64,000 nt of DNA from a virus (Duplodnaviria > Caudoviricetes), in IMG/VR virus record IMGVR_UViG_3300025154_000056, positions 40,341 to 104,340 of that record. One strand, 5' to 3'. The notes below the pieces were generated by a model that saw nothing but the letters and a program-made list of their open reading frames with translations, was not told the origin of the DNA and did not search any database. Positions 48,026 through 55,477 of the stretch are shown piece by piece. The stretch's first letter is position 1; each line of letters opens with the position of its first letter. A program made the position numbers and the translations under genes.

Positions 48026-48467
48026 AATCAAGCAGAGGTTTAGGCGTGTCGACCAACTGCAGAGTCTGCTCACCCAAATCACTATGGATAGGATGAGTCC
48101 AGTTGGTATTCCTCAGGTCCGCTACGTCAAAGACGAGATGTTCATGGACTTGATGAATATGTACAAGAAGGCAACGCTTGATGGCAAGCAGAAGGATTGT
48201 GAATTCCAACCTCTCAATACGTACATGCACAAGCTGGTTCTCAAGACCGGTAAGCAGTTGCGCCCTGTCCTGGTTGGTGAAGTCGGGATGATTGGACCTG
48301 AGATTCTGTGCCTCGAACAAGGCTATGGCGGCACTGTGTTCTCGGTCTCCGCTGCCATCTCCAGAGACCAAGAAGAGCAACGTAAGGCTCGGGAGGCTGA
48401 GGCCGCCCCCACTACCCAGCGTAACTCTGGTGAGGATTGGGAGTACGCGGATGAGGAGGAGGAATGA
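47760..48467 (+). CDS. hypothetical protein
   Basis: SD GGAG; 235-aa ORF. Confidence 0.7.
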   Translation: MYDRDLYMPGPDGTMFQITRDLDGTTTATPVTDPEAKFIEVTEKDLSGNVKSTGWYHLAQDIEEAKKQAEDNSHRLFFGIEENEKDPAKIKQRFRRVDQLQSLLTQITMDRMSPVGIPQVRYVKDEMFMDLMNMYKKATLDGKQKDCEFQPLNTYMHKLVLKTGKQLRPVLVGEVGMIGPEILCLEQGYGGTVFSVSAAISRDQEEQRKAREAEAAPTTQRNSGEDWEYADEEEE

Positions 48468-48661
48468 GTCGGCGTACGGTTACTGTGTATACGTGTAGTC
48501 GTTGTGGTATTGAAGACGACGGCGATGATACAATACCTCCAGATGAATGGAACCAACTAACAGATGTGAACGACAAGGTAGTCGACCTGTGCCGCTTGTG
48601 TGCTGTCTCCTATGACCGATGGTTCAGGATGATAGACAGCAATGCAGAGGAGTCGAAATGA
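48464..48661 (+). CDS. small Zn-finger hypothetical protein
   Basis: CSRC...DLCRLC; coupled. Confidence 0.65.
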   Translation: MSRRTVTVYTCSRCGIEDDGDDTIPPDEWNQLTDVNDKVVDLCRLCAVSYDRWFRMIDSNAEESK

Positions 48662-48909
48662 AAACGTACGACCCAGATGCAGACGAGACAAATGCACCCA
48701 AGGCACCTTGTAGTGGGTGTGGCAACGATGCACAAAACATCGCTACAGCATGTCAAATCATGGTAAATGCACACACCATGATTTCATTCATGTACAAGGG
48801 GCTGGCTGACAAGGCGAGGACACCAGACGACAAGCAAAAGTACATGGCTGAATTCCATAAGCACAAGTCCATGGCAGAGATGTCAGGGAAAGTCGTGCTG
48901 CCAGACTGA
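48658..48909 (+). CDS. hypothetical protein
   Basis: ATGA coupling; SD GAGGAG. Confidence 0.6.
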   Translation: MKTYDPDADETNAPKAPCSGCGNDAQNIATACQIMVNAHTMISFMYKGLADKARTPDDKQKYMAEFHKHKSMAEMSGKVVLPD

Positions 48910-48918
48910 GGTACAACA

Positions 48919-49770
48919 ATGAAGCCTCTTACTAAGAGAACTCATACTGACAAGATCATACAGATGGCCCTAGACGGGACTCTTGAAGAGCACGGGGAGG
49001 ATATTGAATACAAGCTAGTTCATTTGTGGGGCGCAAACGGCTGCCCAGACGGACTGACATTCGACCCCAGGATCTACCGAGAGTGTGCAATCAAGCTAGC
49101 TGCTTATGCATGTCGTGATGGTCTGATCATCCATGGTGACCCTCTGTTTGAGGAGGTTACTGAGGGTCGACAGACCGACATGATCAAGTGGAAGAAGCTC
49201 TATTCATCGTGCGGAGACTTACCTCATTGGATGCTGAAGATGCTTGGTTGCAGGAATGAGAAGCTCGTCAATAGGAATGACGATGGTGGTGAGATTCCGT
49301 GGGTGGTTGGGGCAAACCTGTCACGCATCATCTACAGCGCACAAGGTTCATTCATCTGGTCTCGACAGAACAAGCTCAGGTTCCCCAAGAATGGCGACGT
49401 GGTCTACCTGGGGTACCCAGAGCACGTTGGTGTAGTGCTTGGCAGGTCCGGTAGCCTCAACGTCGGCGAAATCCCGGAGGCGGTCATACTCGCTGAGTAC
49501 GGGCAAGTCGATGATATCAAAAAGGGCCGCACACCAACCTTCAAACCGGCTGGCAAGGTCCGAGTCCACCTCGTCAGTCGTCAGTACAATGGTGACATTC
49601 TGATTGGTGAACGCAGTCTCTTTGGCTGGCTCGACATTACCACAGTTGGTAATGACGTACCTGCTACCGTACCCAAGTCGTTCAACATCGGTACCCCCTA
49701 CAGAGATGATAACAACCCCTACATTTACCCTCCTGAGCATGGCTTTGGGGCTGAGGACGATGAGTCATGA
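48919..49770 (+). CDS. CHAP/NlpC-like cysteine amidase (possible peptidoglycan hydrolase)
   Basis: YSSCGDLPHWML...PKNGDVVYL...EHVGVV Cys/His pair. Confidence 0.6.
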   Translation: MKPLTKRTHTDKIIQMALDGTLEEHGEDIEYKLVHLWGANGCPDGLTFDPRIYRECAIKLAAYACRDGLIIHGDPLFEEVTEGRQTDMIKWKKLYSSCGDLPHWMLKMLGCRNEKLVNRNDDGGEIPWVVGANLSRIIYSAQGSFIWSRQNKLRFPKNGDVVYLGYPEHVGVVLGRSGSLNVGEIPEAVILAEYGQVDDIKKGRTPTFKPAGKVRVHLVSRQYNGDILIGERSLFGWLDITTVGNDVPATVPKSFNIGTPYRDDNNPYIYPPEHGFGAEDDES

Positions 49771-50156
49771 AACAGTTCAAGTACACTCTCACCAAGAAGT
49801 TCGAATTCCACGCAGCTCATTCACTCAAGGGAGCTGTACCGGACTCCCACAAGTGTGCTGTGCTTCATGGGCACACATACAAGGGAGAGATGAAGCTGCA
49901 TGCGGTGGACCTAGAAGATCATCTTGTGGTTGATGCTGGCATATTGAGCGCAGTCATATCGCAGCTTGACCACAAGAACCTCAACGATGTCCTGCATCAC
50001 CCGGCGTCAGTAGAGAACATCGCACGATGGATTGCTGAGGCAACCCTCAACACCCTGTTCAAGCTCGGTATTGAGAACTCAGTACAGTTCGATTACGTTG
50101 AATTGTGGGAGACGGATTCTCTCTCGTGCAGAGTCACGTTGGAGGACGTAGAGTGA
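49767..50156 (+). CDS. queD: 6-carboxytetrahydropterin synthase
   Basis: FHAAH.L, C..LHGHTY, LDHKNLND, ENIA, LWET. Confidence 0.93.
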   Translation: MKQFKYTLTKKFEFHAAHSLKGAVPDSHKCAVLHGHTYKGEMKLHAVDLEDHLVVDAGILSAVISQLDHKNLNDVLHHPASVENIARWIAEATLNTLFKLGIENSVQFDYVELWETDSLSCRVTLEDVE

Positions 50157-50926
50157 TGGACCCCAGTCCCATGGTCAAGCTGGCGCAACAGGACCCGTTC
50201 GTCGCCACCATACAGGGCGAAGGGGATTACGTCGGCGAGCCCGCTGTGTTCATACGTCTGTTCGGCTGCACCACCATGTGCTCGTGGTGTGACACCAAGT
50301 ACGCATGGCAAGAAGGCCACGGCTACTTTGAGTTGATGCCTGATGACATAGTCAAGACTGTCAATAGAGATTTCCCCAATATACGTCACATCGTGCTGAC
50401 TGGTGGTAATCCGTACGTACAAGGCGAGAAGATGCCACGTATGGCGTTCATGCTTAGCCAGCCATCTCATCCCAATAGCAGGCTGCGACGCCACGTTAGT
50501 ATCGAAACAGAAGGCAGCATTTATTACGACAAGCTTTCTCACAGCGTGTCGTCGATTACCTTGTCCCCCAAACTTTGGTGCTGGCCCGATAAAGTCATCG
50601 CCATGTTCTATGCCCACCACTACCAGAAGATCACTACCAAGATCGTGGTGGGCTCCAAGGACGACGTGTCGGAGGCCATCGACAAGCTACTTGAAATCCA
50701 CACCCTGTATTCTGTCGGAGACACTGGCGGTATGAATTACATCCTGCAGCCTAAGGCTGTAGTTCCCAGTGAGTTCTCTACTCAAGAGAGCACGGCTGTG
50801 TACATAGAGCAGGTGTCCATGCAAGTGGTGGACTGGGTCTTGGACTACATCAGCATGCTCGACAAGCCACTGCCTTTTAGACTTCGAGTAATTCCACAAG
50901 TGCATCGACTCTTGGGGCTCCCATGA
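50153..50926 (+). CDS. queE: 7-carboxy-7-deazaguanine synthase (radical SAM)
   Basis: TIQGEG, FIRLFGCTTMCSWCDTKY, LTGGNP, IETEG, SPK, PQVH. Confidence 0.93.
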   Translation: MMDPSPMVKLAQQDPFVATIQGEGDYVGEPAVFIRLFGCTTMCSWCDTKYAWQEGHGYFELMPDDIVKTVNRDFPNIRHIVLTGGNPYVQGEKMPRMAFMLSQPSHPNSRLRRHVSIETEGSIYYDKLSHSVSSITLSPKLWCWPDKVIAMFYAHHYQKITTKIVVGSKDDVSEAIDKLLEIHTLYSVGDTGGMNYILQPKAVVPSEFSTQESTAVYIEQVSMQVVDWVLDYISMLDKPLPFRLRVIPQVHRLLGLP

Positions 50927-51192
50927 GCTACAATACCGGGTCAGATGTCATTATCCAGGTGGTCAATAAGTCCACTGGAGAAGTGGAAGAGACCTTCGAC
51001 GTCAATGCGGCTGTTCTGGTTACTGTAGAAGATGACACGGTAGACCAGTCGTACACTGTCGAAGTGCACTCCTTCGGTCTAGAAGAGGAGGAAGTATGTG
51101 TGATTCTGGAGACTGCGCTGGACGCTGCGGGGATCGAGGACCAGGAGGATGTGGACAGTGCTCCTGCGGAGAAGGAAAAATTCATCTGCTGA
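50923..51192 (+). CDS. acidic hypothetical protein
   Basis: ATGA coupling to queE. Confidence 0.6.
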   Translation: MSYNTGSDVIIQVVNKSTGEVEETFDVNAAVLVTVEDDTVDQSYTVEVHSFGLEEEEVCVILETALDAAGIEDQEDVDSAPAEKEKFIC

Positions 51193-51752
51193 AGGACTCG
51201 TACATCAATATCGTGGCTAGTATTGTTCCTGGGGACGAGCTAACTGATCCTGAATTGGATCTGCAGCACACCCCGGATAGAGCAGCTAAAGCCATGGTCG
51301 AGCTGCTTGGAACCTACTCAATAGGTGCTCTACAGGATCTAGATGCACAATGGAAGCAGTTTGATTCTAGGTGGGTACGGGAGGGCACACCAGTAGTTCA
51401 GAATGGAATTAGGTTCTATTCTATGTGTGCTCACCATATGCTACCGTTCTTTGGGTATTTCGATGTCCAGTATGTGGTTGGACCGGGGCGGCAGATCGCA
51501 GGGCTAAGCAAGCTGGCTCGTACCATCAACTACTTCAGCGCGATGCTCCAGACCCAAGAGCGGCTGACTACTATGGTGCATGACTACCTAGCCTCGAAGC
51601 TCAGCCCCACAAGGCTCCAGGTCCATACAATCGCCCGCCACCTGTGCATGGAGATGCGAGGGGTGCACAACGACGCTTGTACCGAGGTCATGATCGCGTC
51701 AGGCGACGGCACAGATCTGGACATGTTTCAGACGACTCTCGACAGACCTTGA
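51186..51752 (+). CDS. folE: GTP cyclohydrolase I (start uncertain)
   Basis: TPDRAAK, SMCAHHMLPFFG, GLSKLAR, QTQERLT, HLCMEMRG. Confidence 0.93.
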   Translation: MLKDSYINIVASIVPGDELTDPELDLQHTPDRAAKAMVELLGTYSIGALQDLDAQWKQFDSRWVREGTPVVQNGIRFYSMCAHHMLPFFGYFDVQYVVGPGRQIAGLSKLARTINYFSAMLQTQERLTTMVHDYLASKLSPTRLQVHTIARHLCMEMRGVHNDACTEVMIASGDGTDLDMFQTTLDRP

Positions 51753-51788
51753 CGACGTCGAATAGACGACGTAGATTTAGCGACGGAG

Positions 51789-52214
51789 GTGAACATGAAA
51801 CGGAGTCGGATGAATGCGAGAAGCAACCCGAACCGCACCAACCCCGACTTCTGGTGGGTGGAAGTCGATGGCAAAAAGACTTGGACAGGGCCCGTGTCGA
51901 ACGCAGAGTGGGCTGCCAAGTTCAGTAAGGTGCAGGGTTACAAACAAGCACCACAATATAACCTGTGCTGGGCCTCGAACGAGATGCGGCATCAGGACGT
52001 GTGCGCCGCGAAGCTCTACGAAGAGTGCGACCGGTGCAATGTCAACAGGTTGTATAAGTACAGATTGCCAGTGAAATCGGAGCTGGTGTTCAGATTCAAC
52101 GCACTCGTTGAAATAATAGCTCTGGAGACACGGCGGAAGGGTGCTAAATTGCGGAGTCCAATATTCCGCTTGACACTGAAAAACATCGGACGTAAATTGG
52201 CTGGACCAAAGTGA
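51789..52214 (+). CDS. hypothetical protein
   Basis: SD GGAGG before ATG 51795. Confidence 0.6.
   Translation: MNMKRSRMNARSNPNRTNPDFWWVEVDGKKTWTGPVSNAEWAAKFSKVQGYKQAPQYNLCWASNEMRHQDVCAAKLYEECDRCNVNRLYKYRLPVKSELVFRFNALVEIIALETRRKGAKLRSPIFRLTLKNIGRKLAGPK
52170..52198 (+). promoter_or_regulatory. sigma70-type promoter (TTGACA-17-TAAATT)
   Basis: Consensus spacing upstream of the H1-like gene. Confidence 0.65.
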
Positions 52215-52250
52215 ACGGACATTTTCCCCCGTCACAAGGAGACGTATATC

Positions 52251-52760
52251 ATGGCAGTGAAGAAGACAGCGAAGAAGAGCACGAAGAAGACGGCCACCAA
52301 GAAGACCACCAAGAAGGCAGCGCCCAAGACGGAGAAGAAGGCGACCAAGAAGGTGGCTGAGCCCAAGAAGGCGACCAAGAAGGCAGCAGCGGAGCCCAAG
52401 AAGGCCACGAAGAAGGCGACCAAGAAGATCACCCCGAAGAAGCCCGCTGAGGTCACCAAGAAGGCAGCAACGAAGAAGGAACCCAAGGAGAAGGCTGCCC
52501 GCAAGGGGCGCCCGAGTGCCATGCTGGCGTGGTCCGACGTCAGCGACAAGGCAAAGAAGCTGATCACCAAGGTGGAAGGCTTCGAGGAGCAGATCGAGCA
52601 GCTCAAGAAGGACATCTCTGACACGCTGACGAACCTCATGGATACAATGGACGCTGCTTCTTTTGACCATCCGAAGCGCGGTCCGCTGTCTATCATGGTG
52701 CGGGGGGATCTGACTTACTGGCGTGCGAAGCCGGTTGGCCGTGCTGGGGGTAAGAAGTAA
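52251..52760 (+). CDS. histone H1-like Lys/Ala/Thr-rich DNA-binding protein
   Basis: Repeats of KKATKK/PKKATKK, then a coiled coil; SD AAGGAG. Confidence 0.85.
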   Translation: MAVKKTAKKSTKKTATKKTTKKAAPKTEKKATKKVAEPKKATKKAAAEPKKATKKATKKITPKKPAEVTKKAATKKEPKEKAARKGRPSAMLAWSDVSDKAKKLITKVEGFEEQIEQLKKDISDTLTNLMDTMDAASFDHPKRGPLSIMVRGDLTYWRAKPVGRAGGKK

Positions 52761-52773
52761 GGGGGCTTGGTGG

Positions 52774-53043
52774 ATGATCTTCCGGCTCAAGATCACAAAG
52801 AGGCTTCCGGGTCACTGGGTAAAAGCCTCTAGCACTTGCCGGTTCGAAAGTATCGCCACCAAGTTTGAGAGGGGGAAAGTCGCATCTCTTTTGTATGAGC
52901 ATGTTGTACAGATAAGAGAGCGGCGACGCGGTGGTATCTGGGTTCGACTAATTGAACCTACTAGTTCGTGGGACAGAGAGTTACTTGATGTCAGCTTTGA
53001 AGATGCTGGTATCACAATAGAAAGGGATGAAGCACATGGCTAA
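52774..53043 (+). CDS. hypothetical protein (starts MIFRLK)
   Basis: ATG after AAGGGGG. Confidence 0.6.
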   Translation: MIFRLKITKRLPGHWVKASSTCRFESIATKFERGKVASLLYEHVVQIRERRRGGIWVRLIEPTSSWDRELLDVSFEDAGITIERDEAHG

Positions 53044-54061
53044 CAACAACGGTAAATACGAAGACATGCCTCTCTCCGAGCTTCGCAAGCTGGCGAAGAG
53101 CCTGAAGGTCAATCCTTCTGGAAAGGGTCGCAACATGCTCATTCGAGCAATTCAGAAGGCTCAATTGGCGAAGGAAGGGAAGTCGACGGCGGCAGACCCC
53201 GGTGCGTCGAAGCGCGCAGCTACCAAGAAGCCCGCAGCGACGAAGGCTACTGCCACCAAGAAGCCCGCTGCCAAGGCAAAGAAGGAAGAGCCCGAAGAGG
53301 AAGAGGACGACCTTGCCACCCTCGTGAAGAAGCTGACGAAGGAGGTCGCCAAGCTCGGCAAGCGGCTGGATGCGCTGGAGGAGGCAGAGCCTGAGACCGA
53401 AGAGGAAGAGGAGGAGCCCGAGGAGGAGGACGCAGAGGAAGCCGCCGAGGACGAAGAGGAAGAGGAAGAAGAGACCGAGGAGGAGGAAGAAGAAGAGACT
53501 GAGGACGAAGAAGAGGAGGAGGAGGAGTCCGAGGAAGAGGCTGAGGAAGAGGAGTCCGAGGAGGAGGAAGAGGACGAGCCCGAAGAGGAGGAGGAAGAAG
53601 AGACGGTTGATATCAGCCTCGCTGAGATTGAATCCGCGAAGCTCGACCGGCTCACCGAAGTCGCGAACTTGATCAACACCAATGGTGGCAAGATCAAGCT
53701 GACAAAGAAGACTGAGGTATTGCGTCAGTCGATCGTCAACTTCCTGCAGGAGAATGCGGAGAAGGTGGTCGAGGATGCCCCCGCGTCGAAGGAAACTCCC
53801 GCTGACAACAGCGGAGAGGTGTACGAGGTGGGCGACAAGGTGGAGGTGATGTTCCTGGACGAAGACGAGGCAGAGGTCTGGGAAGAAGGCACCGTGGTGA
53901 AGATCAAGAAGAACGTCGTGGTCGTCGACATCGGTGACGGGGAAGTCGCCGACGCTCCGTTCGACTCGGTTCGTCGCCCGGCGAAGAAGAAGGCTACCAA
54001 GAAGCCCGCAGCGAAGCCTGCGGCTACGAAGAAGGCCACGAAGAAGACCACCAAGAAGTGA
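53036..54061 (+). CDS. multidomain protein: HEH/Rho-N-like domain, AKK repeats, Glu tract, Tudor/Agenet-like barrel
   Basis: MPLSELRKLAKSLKV...GRNMLIRAI; ~75-residue Glu-rich tract; YEVGDKVEV...WEEGTVVKI...VVVD...SVRRP. Confidence 0.75.
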   Translation: MANNNGKYEDMPLSELRKLAKSLKVNPSGKGRNMLIRAIQKAQLAKEGKSTAADPGASKRAATKKPAATKATATKKPAAKAKKEEPEEEEDDLATLVKKLTKEVAKLGKRLDALEEAEPETEEEEEEPEEEDAEEAAEDEEEEEEETEEEEEEETEDEEEEEEESEEEAEEEESEEEEEDEPEEEEEEETVDISLAEIESAKLDRLTEVANLINTNGGKIKLTKKTEVLRQSIVNFLQENAEKVVEDAPASKETPADNSGEVYEVGDKVEVMFLDEDEAEVWEEGTVVKIKKNVVVVDIGDGEVADAPFDSVRRPAKKKATKKPAAKPAATKKATKKTTKK

Positions 54062-54131
54062 ACTACGCGTGACTCTGACCTAAGCGCTGCGTCCCTCAAC
54101 AGGGGCCAGCGCTTTCGTCTTTTGGAGGGAG

Positions 54132-54548
54132 TTGAGAATGGAGATGACAGTAATGACGAAGTACCGTATTGATGAGTTCGCAGGGTTCAGGTTCGTACTT
54201 TGCCTACGGCAAGGAGGAATACTTGTACAGCATGGTCTGGTTGGTATGAACTGCACGAAGGGGATAGTAAGCCTCACCAAGGGAGTGAGTCTACGTGACA
54301 GTCACTGGAGTCTGTATAATGATTTACAGCTCAATGACACAATGTTTATTGTGCTGTACGACAACCAAAACGTACCAAGAACTAGGTTCGAATTTAGGTA
54401 TGCTGAGGCGTACGCTTGTGGCTTGCAGTGCGATGCCATGAGCGCGGCACCAGCCTTGTTTGTAGTTGAGCTTCGTGGGGCAAAGCTCATAGATCAAAGA
54501 GTGTTGACTGAAGAGGAAACGGAGCAACTGAAGGAGGTTGGGGAATGA
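54132..54548 (+). CDS. divergent T4-gp19-like tail tube paralogue
   Basis: GFRFVL, KGIVSLTKG, IVLYDNQNVPRTRFEFRYA, DAMS...VVEL match the tube at 9578. Confidence 0.55.
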   Translation: MRMEMTVMTKYRIDEFAGFRFVLCLRQGGILVQHGLVGMNCTKGIVSLTKGVSLRDSHWSLYNDLQLNDTMFIVLYDNQNVPRTRFEFRYAEAYACGLQCDAMSAAPALFVVELRGAKLIDQRVLTEEETEQLKEVGE

Positions 54549-54784
54549 AAGCAGCAGCACATACGACACACGAAGTGACGTTGACCTACAAGATAGTAGC
54601 CAACGGTAGGTACTGCTCACGTAAATGCAAGCACTTGAATAGTTATAGTGAGTGTGGGCTATTCAGGCACAATGACAAGTGGTCGTCGGCTCGAAGCCTT
54701 AGGCAATTAGGTGGCAGCAGCATTCGCTGCACACGGTGCCTCTCTGCCACCCTAACTGCTGCGGACAAGGCGGTGGCAAAATGA
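54545..54784 (+). CDS. Cys-rich hypothetical protein
   Basis: Coupled; CSRKC..C..RCTRC. Confidence 0.55.
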   Translation: MKAAAHTTHEVTLTYKIVANGRYCSRKCKHLNSYSECGLFRHNDKWSSARSLRQLGGSSIRCTRCLSATLTAADKAVAK

Positions 54785-55404
54785 AAGCAGAGTTGGCTAG
54801 GCCACATGCCCGTGGCATCGACACAGTGCAGGTACTCAGCACCAGTAACTGTCAGTGGCTCGTGCAGAACCATTATGACTTCGTGATTAGGTACCTGTAC
54901 GGTCGGTACGCCGTATCCGATCACGAGATTGACTGCATCCTGAATGCTGGTCTGGCGTTGATGCTATGCACACCGTCTAGGTCCCCAGGATGGAGGGCCG
55001 ATGGGCTAGGTAACTCCGACGGTTTTCAAGCAGTCGCGTCATTGACGTCACTGACTGTTCCGAAGAGCGTCACCACATGGATTGATCTAGAGGGCTGCAT
55101 AAGCCCAGCTGTTACCACCAGTGATTGGATTGATACATTCAGCCTAGCGATCCGCAATGCAGGCCACGAGGCTGGTCTGTACGTTGGTGCAAATCCTGGT
55201 GGCCTCGATTCTGAGACGTTGTGGAAACGACCGCATGTCACACGCTATTGGCGCTCTGGGTCTCGCGTGCCTGAGCCAGCTAACAGAGGTTGGTGTATGC
55301 AGCAGCTGCGGCCCCTCGACGTCAAGCTCGGCCCGATACACGTGGACCACGACGTAATTGAGACTGACTTCAAAGGCGGTCTACCGACCTGGATAGTGAA
55401 ATGA
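54781..55404 (+). CDS. DUF1906/GH25-like glycoside hydrolase (endolysin candidate)
   Basis: GIDT, YDFVIRYL, E...ILNAGLAL, WIDLE, GLYVG, WCMQQ, VDHD. Confidence 0.8.
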   Translation: MKAELARPHARGIDTVQVLSTSNCQWLVQNHYDFVIRYLYGRYAVSDHEIDCILNAGLALMLCTPSRSPGWRADGLGNSDGFQAVASLTSLTVPKSVTTWIDLEGCISPAVTTSDWIDTFSLAIRNAGHEAGLYVGANPGGLDSETLWKRPHVTRYWRSGSRVPEPANRGWCMQQLRPLDVKLGPIHVDHDVIETDFKGGLPTWIVK

Positions 55405-55405
55405 C

Positions 55406-55477
55406 ATGAAGATTCGTCTGGTACTGAATCCGTATGTAGGCAATGTGGTGAATAAGAAAGTCTGGAGCCACATATGA
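55406..55477 (+). CDS. 23-aa peptide MKIRLVLNPYVGNVVNKKVWSHI
   Basis: Fills the gap exactly; its stop overlaps the dpdA start (ATGA). Confidence 0.45.
   Translation: MKIRLVLNPYVGNVVNKKVWSHI

Noticed and set aside
53161-53697. Poly-Ser minus-strand ORFs and the Arg/Lys-rich +1 ORF (also at 36080-36379)
   Set aside because: Alternative-frame readings of GAG/GAA/GAC acidic tracts
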